Assembly (NCBI GenBank): GCA_002269645.1
Contig: NIVC01001665.1
Location: forward strand, 1-64,000
From: Macrostomum lignano
Taxonomy: Eukaryota
DNA length: 64,000 bases
Direction of reading: 5' to 3'
Numbering within the stretch: position 1 is the stretch's first letter; each line of letters starts with the position of its first letter. Of this stretch, positions 43,150-64,000 are shown piece by piece. The position numbers were made by a program, and so were the translations under genes. The notes under the pieces are model-generated. The model saw only the letters and a program-made list of their open reading frames with translations, had not been told where the DNA came from and did not search any database.

Positions 43150-43895
43150 CGTTGCTATCCCCTCCCTGATGTCTTTCAGGGGAATCATTGCTTTCCCCTC
43201 CCTGAGGTCTTTCAGGAGAAATCATTGCTATACCCTCCCTGAGGTCTTTCAGGGGAATCGTTGCTTTCCCCTCCCTGAGGTCTTTCAGGAGGAATCGTTG
43301 CTTTCCCCTCCCTGAGGTCTTTCAGTGGGAATCGTTGCTTTAAACCTCCCTGAGGTCTTTCAGGGGGAATCGTTGCTTTCCCCTCCCTGAGGTCTTTCAG
43401 GGGAATCATTGCTTTCCCCCCTGAGGTCTTTCAGGGGGAATCGTTGCTATCCCGTCCCTGAGGTCTTTCAGGGGGAATCATTGCTTTCCCCCCCTGAGGT
43501 CTTTCAGGGGGAATCGTTGCTTTCCCCTCCCTGAGGTCTTTCAGGGGGAATCGTTGCTTTAAACCTCCCTGAGGTCTTTCAGGAGGAATCGTTGCTTTAA
43601 ACCTCCCTGAGATCTTTCAGGGGGAATCGTTGCTTTCCCCTCCCTGAGGTCTTTCAGGGGAATCGTTGCTTTCCCTTCCCTGAGGTCTTTCAGGGGAATC
43701 GTTGCTTTCCCCTGTCTGACTGAGGTCTTCTAGGGAATCGCTGCTTTCCCCTCCCTGAGGTCTTTCAGGGGAATCGTTGCTTTCCCCTGTCTGACTGAGG
43801 TCTTCTAGGGAATCGTTGCTTTCCTCTCCCTGAGGTTTTTCAGAGACCGCCTTTTCTATACACCCGTCGTTAGAACCGTTGCTTTCCCCTCCCTG
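43150..43895. repeat. ~37-bp minisatellite (ctttcagggggaatcgttgctttcccctccctgaggt)
   Basis: About 20 copies ending just past the thiolase stop. Confidence 0.95.
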
Positions 43896-43965
43896 AAGTC
43901 CAAAAATAAAACAGTCAAAACGTTAATCAAAGTGTTAACGAAGCGCAGATCTCCAACTCAAATCC

Positions 43966-44817
43966 TCAAAGCTTGGCCCCCTGACCCCGCTCCAAAACAC
44001 CGGAACCGTACCGCCGGTACAGCGTCACAGCGCAGCTGGACCCCAAGCCGAAATTGTGCTGCAGAGCCCACCTATTCGAGTCGGTCTCATCCAGAGCTGG
44101 CACCTGTCTTCTACCAGCCAGACCTCGATGCTGCCAGCTGATCTCGGCGCACTGAGCAACTCCGCTGGCGCCGAGCGGGTGTCCTTTCGACATCAGACCG
44201 CCGGACGGATTAACCACCTGCCTGCCAGTCAGGTACAGAGATCCGTCACCGTTTAAACTGTCAATCCATCTACCGGAACTGAAGTACTGCTGGGCGCAGC
44301 CTTTGTCAGCCAGTCCAAGCGCTTCGTAGAGCATGAGCTCGTTACTAGCGAAACAGTCGTGCAGCTCAACCAGGGCCAGCTGCTCCCTGGGATTCAGCCG
44401 CTGTCTATGGTAGATCCTGCTCGACGCCACTCGAGCTTGAGTCAGTCCGCACAGGCTCGAGTATCCTCCACTATTTGTGTCGGAGAATGTGTCGGAAAAG
44501 TCGCTGACTAGTTCTTGATCAACCAGCTCGGTGACTGGCAATCGTCTGTTGGACCACCACGACTCTGTTGCCATGACAACTGCTGCGGCTCCGGTTGCCA
44601 CCGGGGCGCAGAAGCTGACGCGAATTGGTGGCGAGAGCAGTGGAGCTTTGAGCAGGTCGTCGGCCGATTTGGGCGCTCTCGAAAGCATCGCTCGAGGATT
44701 CTGGGAGCCGTGCAGGCGAGACTTGAATGCCACCGAGGCCAGCAGCTGCTCGGAGGTGAGGGCGGCCGACCCGCTAATGTCGCGGTATTCGGAAGCTGCA
44801 CCGGCGAACATTCGAAT
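43966..44817 (-). CDS. SCP2: SCPx/DAF-22-type peroxisomal thiolase, exon 2 (C-terminal, ends AKL)
   Basis: cacag|ATT acceptor. Motifs VELHDCFASNELMLYEALGL, VNPSGGLMSKGHPLGASG, LQHNFGLG; C-terminal PTS1-type AKL; no SCP2 lipid-binding domain. Confidence 0.88.
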   Translation of the reverse strand: MRMFAGAASEYRDISGSAALTSEQLLASVAFKSRLHGSQNPRAMLSRAPKSADDLLKAPLLSPPIRVSFCAPVATGAAAVVMATESWWSNRRLPVTELVDQELVSDFSDTFSDTNSGGYSSLCGLTQARVASSRIYHRQRLNPREQLALVELHDCFASNELMLYEALGLADKGCAQQYFSSGRWIDSLNGDGSLYLTGRQVVNPSGGLMSKGHPLGASGVAQCAEISWQHRGLAGRRQVPALDETDSNRWALQHNFGLGSSCAVTLYRRYGSGVLERGQGAKL

Positions 44818-44819
44818 CT

Positions 44820-45045
44820 GTGTGATTTCCGTATGAGTAGGGTGAGAGATTTCCGTGTGAGTAGAGTGAGAGATTTCCGTATGAGTAGAGTGAGAGATTT
44901 CCGTATGAGTAGAGTGAGAGATTTCCGTGTGAGTAGAGTGAGAGATTTCCGTATGAGTAGGGTGAGAGATTTCCGTGTGAGTAGAGTGAGAGATTTCCCT
45001 ATGAGTAGAGTGAGAGATTTCCGTATGAGTAGGGCGTGAGATTTC
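44820..45045. repeat. 24-bp minisatellite (gagatttccgtatgagtagagtga)
   Basis: About 9 copies in the thiolase intron. Confidence 0.95.
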
Positions 45046-45064
45046 TTAATAATTTAACGTGAAC

Positions 45065-45640
45065 TCCAACATACGCCATGAGATTTCCAGCACACAAACC
45101 ATCATGTGATTCCCAGCACACAAACCATCATGTGATTCCCAGCCACACAAACCATCATGTGATTCCCAGCACATACGCCATGAGATTCCCAGCACACAAA
45201 CCATCATGTGATTCCCAGCACACAAACCATCATTGTGATTCCCAGCACATACGCCATGAGATTTCCAGCACACAAACCATCATGTGATTCCCAGCACACA
45301 AACCATCATGTGATTCCCAGCACACAAACCATCATGTGATTCCCAGCACATACGCCATGAGATTCCCAGCACACAAACCATCATGTGATTCCCAGCACAC
45401 AAACCATCATGTGATTCCCAGCACATACGCCATGAGATTTCCAGCACACAAACCATCATGTGATTCCCAGCACACAAACCATCATGTGATTCCCAGCACA
45501 TACGCCATGAGATTCCCAGCACACAAACCATCATGTGATTCCCAACACGCAAGCCATGAGATTCCCAACACACAAGCCATGAGATTCCCAACACGCAAGC
45601 CATGAGATTCCCAACACACAAGCCATGAGATTCCCACAGA
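45065..45640. repeat. ~26-bp minisatellite (gattcccagcacacaaaccatcatgt)
   Basis: About 22 copies in the thiolase intron. Confidence 0.95.
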
Positions 45641-45648
45641 ACGCTCAC

Positions 45649-46154
45649 CACATCGCTAGTCCACTGCGACATTCCAGGCGAGCAGGGCTCTCTGTTTCCG
45701 CCAGCGCTCCAATCCGATCGCAGTGCCGTCCCACTGGATCGGGTCGGTCAGGATATCGCCTGCTCAAACCTCCGCGCTCCATCTGCTCAAATCCCAGCAC
45801 GAGAACCGGACCCGGATTAGCTCCGATAGTGGAATTAGCAATCAGAATAGCTCTGGAGAGAGCGCTATAGCGCTGCTACCAGATGAGCAGTTATTGTTGA
45901 CATTGAACACTGGGACTCCGGTCAGGCCGAGTCTGTAGGCACTCGCTGACCACAGGCTGGATCGCCGTAGCAATAGCTGGCAACTACAGCGACTACACTG
46001 CTGTACTCGATGCCGGAGTCTCGCTAGAGCTTCAGCGGCAGCCTGCTCTGCTAGTTGATCAAATTCATAACCTAAACTGTCGTTTGGGGATGCTTGGGTC
46101 GGGTGACCGGGTCATGCCGGCTCCCGTGATGAGGATTCGAGGCTGCTGAGTCAT
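45649..46154 (-). pseudogene. SCP2: Thiolase exon 1, broken by at least 5 frameshifts (pseudogene or assembly error)
   Basis: Pieces MTQQPRILITGAGMT / GYEFDQLAEQAAAEAL / DSGIEYSSVVAVVASYCYGDPACGQR / YRLGLTGVPVFNVNNNCSSGS / VLVLGFEQMERG / PGMSQWTSDV|gtgagc lie in alternating frames. The catalytic NNCSSG is intact. Confidence 0.75.
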
Positions 46155-46289
46155 CGTTGATTGCGATATCGCATATTAATTTATGCATGCGAATTAGTTT
46201 TAGTCTGCAATTTTCATTAATTGAAATTTATAAAATCAATTGTTTTGGGATTGAATAAGATCGAAATGGGTCAATTCAAATAGGTCACT

Positions 46290-47460
46290 CACTGTGAGTC
46301 AACTTGGATCAACGTGGGTCGACCTTAGTCAATGTTTAGTTTATTTGGGTCAATTCAGGACTTGCGTGGGTCAACTTGGCGTTAATTTAGGACTTGGTTG
46401 TCAACTTGGTTCAAGTTAGGACATAGTAGGTCAACTTGGGTCAATGTTGAAATTGGTAGGTAAAGTTGGGTCAATTTAGGACTTGGTAGGTCAACTTGGG
46501 TCAATTTAGGACTTGGTGGGTCAAACTTGGGTCAAGGTGGGACTTTGGTGGTCATCTTGGTTCAATTGGGACTTGGTAGGTCAAGTTGGGTCAAGGTGGG
46601 ACTTAGTAGGTCAACTTGGTTCAAGGTGGGACTTGGTAGGTCAACTTGGGTCAATTTAGGACTTGGTAGGTCAAGTTGGGTCAAGGTGGGACTTGGTAGG
46701 TCAACTTGGGTCAATTTAGGACTTGGTAGGTCAACTTGGGTCAATTTTGAAATTGGTAGGTAAAGTTGGGTCAATTTAGGACTTGGTAGGTCAATTTGGG
46801 TCAATTTAGGACTTGGTGGGTAAACTTGGGTCAAGGTGGGACTTGGTAGGTCAACTTGGTTCAAGGTGGGACTTGGTAGGTCAAGTTGGGTCAAGGTGGG
46901 ACTTGGTAGGTCAACTTGGGTCAATTTAGGACTTGGTAGGTCAACTTGGGTCAAGGTGGGACTTGGTAGGTCAACTTGGTTCAAGGTGGGACTTGGTAGG
47001 TCAAGTTGGGTCAAGGTGGGACTTAGTAGGTCAACTTGGGTCAATTTAGGACTTGGTAGGTCAACTTGGGTCAATTTAGGACTTGGTAGGTCAAGTTGGG
47101 TCAAGGTGGGACTTGGTAGGTCAAGTTGGGTCAAGGTGGGACTTGGTAGGTCAACTTGGGTCAATTTTGAAATTGGTAGGTCAACTTGGGTCAATTTAGG
47201 ACTTGGTGGGTCAACTTGGGTCAAGGTGGGTCAACCTTAGTCAATGTAAGTTCACTTAGGGCAATGTCGGACTTGGCAGGTCACATTGGGTCAAGGTGGG
47301 ACTTAGTAGGTCAACTTGGGTCAATTTAGGACTTGGTAGGTCAACTTGGGTCAAGGTGGGACTTGGTAGGTCAAGTTGGGTCAAGGTGGGACTTGGTAGG
47401 TCAAGTTGGGTCAAGTTAGGAAAACTTTGGTCAATGTAGGTCAATTTTGATCATAGCTGG
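46290..47460. repeat. 30-bp (3x10) minisatellite (tcaacttgggtcaaggtgggacttggtagg)
   Basis: About 35 copies. Confidence 0.95.
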
Positions 47461-48009
47461 TTCATTCGGGTTAATCTATTTGAACTTTGGTCAATGTAGA
47501 CTTAAATTTTGGTCAGTATAGACAATGCAAAAAATAGGTCAATGTGTAGAGGTCAGTTTAGATCAAGGATAAGTAAAATTTCACATCAAGCTAGTTTAAA
47601 CAAGTCCAATAAATAATGAAACAGTGAATTTCGAATAACGTAATAGTTGACTCTAAAAAAAAAACTTTGTCAGTTAATTAAAACATGTTTATTTTTAATC
47701 TTTACAATCACAAATAACCGGAATAAAAATAGTTTTAACTGGAAAGTGCAAAACTAGCTGCAGCTTAGAAGGAAGAAGATAAATGTTATAAAAAGTATGT
47801 TTCCGAATAAATAAAGTTCTAAACTGTGTATTAGAGTGTAAAAACTAAGTGAAAGATTTGTTTTTCTAGGGAGATTTCTAATTTGGTATTATTAGTCTAG
47901 TTTTGTATAGAAATTCATAATTAGTCATAATTAATTGCAGGAGGCTGTGAGCGATTAGGCTGTTCAGTTATTCATTTGTATATTTTAAGTAATCAATAAT
48001 AATAGTTAT

Positions 48010-48300
48010 GATTGATTACACCTGCCCCAATCGGGCGGCCAGATGTGCAACCGACAGCTCAGCCGCAGCTATTGCGCGGCGCATCTGAAGGCTGCGTACG
48101 ACTGTCCAGTCCAAGGACTGGGGGGTCGCCACACACCCCCTCAATTACCCCAGCTAATGCTGGCACCCATTTTAAAGCTGGGTGAGCGAAGTGTCTTGCT
48201 CAAGGACACAGATTGTTCCTAATCGGTCGAGAATCGAACCCCCGACCTTTTAGAACCCCTCGACCACCTGCAAGTGATCGAGCACACTACCACAACCAGA
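48010..48300 (-). mobile_element. Second copy of the tRNA/CORE SINE
   Basis: Reverse complement aligns by eye with 32095-32340 (B-box ggggttcgattctcg, CORE-like part, 3' body). Confidence 0.85.
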
Positions 48301-48386
48301 ATAAAAGCTAAGCAAGCCACTAGGAGAGCAGCACTAGAAATATAGTACAGATTTTTTTGTAGTTCAGCAAATTTCAAGTATCGCAT

Positions 48387-60375
<11,989 letters not shown>

Positions 60376-60429
60376 CTGGATTTTGAAATCCACTGATCCA
60401 CTTCTCACTTAAACCTATCTTTATTTGCC

Positions 60430-60905
60430 AATCATTGTCTACTTCTCATGCTATCAATCTTTATTTACCTATCAGTGTCTACTTCTCACCTACTAATCTA
60501 TATTTATTTATCACTCATTGTCTACTTCTCACACTACCAATCTATATTTATTCATCACTCATTGTCTACTTCTCACACTACCAATCTATATTTATTCATC
60601 ACTCATTGTCTACTTCTCACGCTACCAATCTATATTTATTCATCACTCATTGTCTACTTCTCACGCTACCAATCTATATTTATTCATCACTCATTGTCTA
60701 CTTCTCACACTACCAATCTATATTTATTTATCACTCATTGTCTACTTCTCACGCTACCAATCTATATTTATTCATCACTCATTGTCTACTTCTCACGCTA
60801 CCAATCTATATTTATTTATCACTCATTGTGTAGTTCTCATATTACCAATTTGTATCCACTTATCAGTGTCTACTTCTCACTCTAACAAATATTTATCACT
60901 CATTA
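60430..60905. repeat. 44-bp minisatellite (tcactcattgtctacttctcacgctaccaatctatatttattca)
   Basis: About 10 copies. Confidence 0.95.
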
Positions 60906-61554
60906 TCGACAGCTTAAATGTACCAGTTTTCATTTTTCACTCTGCCGATGTGCTAACAATATTTTTAAACTCACTTTGATTAAAAATATCTTAGCTAAAA
61001 TCTTTCTAATTCATGGTTCGAATTCTATTGGCTTGCCATGATTTACCACTCCGGTTGTCAAGTCGAGCATATTTCAGAATTAGGATCCTTAGGAACTAGC
61101 TCCTATTATGCAAACGAGCCCGCATTGGGTTGAACTGAGCGAAAAAACCCTGGAATCATGATATCATCTTGATTTGGGATTCACAGCTGAATATACCCAG
61201 ATATATAACAATTAATTCATTATCCACAATGCCATTCTCTGTGGACCCGGGTATACGGAGCATAAAGCAATCGTTTTCAGATCCTATTCCAGCTCAGCTC
61301 ATCTACAAGTTTACATTTATGATGGCACTTGAACCTTGCGCTCAATGTGTAGGGGACAAGCTATAAATGTATGAATGCTGGCTAGGTCAATAAAGTCGTG
61401 GTCTTTGCATAGATACTCGTAAATATGTGTAGCAATCCCTATCGCCACCATGCATACGGATACAACTATTCAGTTTAGTTTAGTTGCTATTGCTGTGTGA
61501 AAGAAAGTTGGCAAAATATGAGTGATCATCAGCCTTGAAGGGGTGTTTCAAACA

Positions 61555-64000
61555 TTGGTAAAGGACCGATTCTTAGGTTGGTAAAAGACCGATTCTTGGG
61601 TTGTCAAAGGACCAGTTCTTAGGTTGGTAAAGGACCGATTCTTAGAGTGGTAAAGAACCGATTCTTAGGTTGGTAAAGAACCGATTCTTAGGTTGGTAAA
61701 GGACCGATTCTTAGGTTGGTAAAGGACCGATTCTTAGAGTGGTAAAGAACCGATTCTTAGGTTGTTAAAGAACCGATTCTTAGGTTGGTAAAGGACCGAT
61801 TCTTAGGTTGGTAAAGGACCGATTCTTAGGTTGGTAAAGGACCAGTTCTTAGGTTGGTAAAGGACCGATTCTTAGGTTGGTAAAGGACCGATTCTTAGAG
61901 TGGTAAAGAACCGATTCTTAGGTTGGTTAAGGACCGATTCTTAGGTTGGTAAAGGACCGATTCTTAGGTTGGTAAAGGACCGATTCTTGGGTTGGTAAAG
62001 GACTGATTCTTAGGTTGGTAAAGAACCGATTCTTAGGTTGGTAAAGAACCGATTCTTAGGTTGGTAAAGAACCGATTCGTAGGTTGGTAAAGAACCGATT
62101 CTTAGGTTGGTAAAGGACCGATTCTAAGGTTGGTAAAAGACCGATTCTTGGGTTGTCAAAGGACCAGTTCTTAGGTTGGTAAAAGACCGATTCTTAGAGT
62201 GGTAAAGAACCGATTCTTAGGTTGGTAAAGAACCGATTCTTAGGTTGGTAAAGGACCGATTCTTAGGTTGGTAAAGGACCGATTCTTAGAGTGGTAAAGA
62301 ACCGATTCTTATGTTGTTAAAGAACCGATTCTTAGGTTGGTAAAGGACCGATTCTTAGGTTGGTAAAGGACCGATTCTTAGGTTGGTAAAGGACCAGTTC
62401 TTAGGTTGGTAAAGGACCGATTCTTAGGTTGGTAAAGGACCGATTCTTAGGTTGGTAAAGGACCGATTCTTAGGTTGGTAAAGGACCGATTCTTAGAGTG
62501 GTAAAGAACCGATTCTTAGGTTGGTAAAGAACCGATTCTTAGGTTGGTAAAGGACCGATTCTTAGGTTGGTAAAGGACCGATTCTTAGGTTGGTAAAGGA
62601 CCGATTCTAAGGTTGGTAAAAGACCGATTCTTGGGTTGTCAAAGGACCAGTTCTTAGGTTGGTAAAAGACCGATTCTTAGAGTGGTAAAGAACCGATTCT
62701 TAGGTTGGTAAAGAACCGATTCTTAGGTTGGTAAAGGACCGATTCTTAGGTTGGTAAAGGACCGATTCTTAGAGTGGTAAAGAACCGATTCTTATGTTGT
62801 TAAAGAACCGATTCTTAGGTTGGTAAAGGACCGATTCTTAGGTTGGTAAAGGACCGATTCTTAGGTTGGTAAAGGACCAGTTCTTAGGTTGGTAAAGGAC
62901 CGATTCTTAGGTTGGTAAAGGACCGATTCTTAGGTTGGTAAAGGACCGATTCTTAGGTTGGTAAAGGACCGATTCTTAGAGTGGTAAAGAACCGATTCTT
63001 AGGTTGGTAAAGAACCGATTCTTAGGTTGGTAAAGGACCGATTCTTAGGTTGGTAAAGGACCGATTCTTAGGTTGGTAAAGGACCGATTCTTAGGTTGGT
63101 AAAGGACCGATTCTTAGGTTGGTAAAGGACCGATTCTTAGAGTGGTAAAGGACCGATTCTTAGGTTGGTAAAGAACCGATTCTTAGGTTGGTAAAGGACC
63201 GATTCTTAGGTTGGTAAAGGACCAGTTCTTAGGTTGGTAAAGGACCGATTCTTAGGTTGGTAAAGGACCGATTCTTAGGTTGGTAAAGGACCGATCCTTA
63301 GGTTGGTAAAGGACCGATTCTTAGGTTGGTAAAGGACCGATTCTTAGGTTGGTAAAGGACCGATTCTTAGAGTGGTAAAGAACCGATTCTTAGGTTGGTA
63401 AAGAACCGATTCTTAGGTTGGTAAAGGACCGATTCTTAGGTTGGTAAAGGACCAGTTCTTAGGTTGGTAAAGGACCGATTCTTAGGTTGGTAAAGGACCG
63501 ATTCTTAGGTTGGTAAGGAACCGATCCTTAGGTTGGTTAAGAACCGATTCTTAGGTTGGTAAAGGACCGATTCTTAGAGTGGTAAAGAACCGATTCTTAG
63601 GTTGGTAAAGAACCGATTCTTAGGTTGGTAAAGGACCGATTCTTAGGTTGGTAAGGAACCGATCCTTAGGTTGGTAAAGAACCGATTCTTAGGTTGGTTA
63701 AGGACCGATTCTTAGGTTGGTAAAGGACCGATTCTTAGGTTGGTAAAGGACCGATTCTTAGGTTGGTAAAGGACTGATTCTTAGGTTGGTAAAGAACCGA
63801 TTCTTAGGTTGGTAAAGAACCGATTCTTAGGTTGGTAAAGAACCGATTCGTAGGTTGGTAAAGAACCGATTCTTAGGTTGGTAAAAGACCGATTCTTGGG
63901 TTGGTAAAGGACCAGTTCTTAGGTTGGTAAAGGACCGATTCTTAGAGTGGTAAAGAACCGATTCTTAGGTTGGTAAAGAACCGATTCTTAGGTTGGTAAA
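61555..64000. repeat. 23-bp satellite (ttaggttggtaaaggaccgattc), runs off the window end
   Basis: More than 100 copies with higher-order variant patterning. Confidence 0.98.

Noticed and set aside
44567-44580. Second X-box (GTTGCCATGACAAC)
   Set aside because: Inside thiolase coding sequence (codons V-V-M-A-T) and probably coincidental.
60900-61550. 5' exon of the NlpC/P60 gene
   Set aside because: No ATG-containing exon with a phase-2 donor was identified; it may lie beyond the satellite.

Overview
Eukaryotic (metazoan) genomic DNA: short GC-rich exons with GT-AG introns that are largely filled by mini- and microsatellites. The style resembles the flatworm Macrostomum, but that is inference only. 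The supported genes are: (1) a 144-aa single-TM ORF; (2) a 2462-aa very large GTPase of the GVIN1/URGCP family with a MACPF-like N-terminal motif (+ strand, essentially one coding exon); (3) a minus-strand extended-synaptotagmin/tricalbin-like gene of about 28 exons (hydrophobic hairpin, SMP domain, 6-7 C2 domains), hand-spliced here, with a near-perfect RFX X-box about 90 bp upstream of its ATG; (4) an SCPx/DAF-22-type peroxisomal thiolase ending in AKL whose first exon has several frameshifts; (5) a spliced NlpC/P60 papain-fold gene with Cys and His intact and its 5' exon not found. Mobile DNA comprises decayed RTE-like and R1/LOA-like LINEs, a tRNA-headed CORE-type SINE family, a 1.24-kb solo LTR splitting a SINE, and a MITE. 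Most long ORFs in the supplied track are artefacts of tandem repeats. No CRISPR array, rRNA or true tRNA gene is supported.
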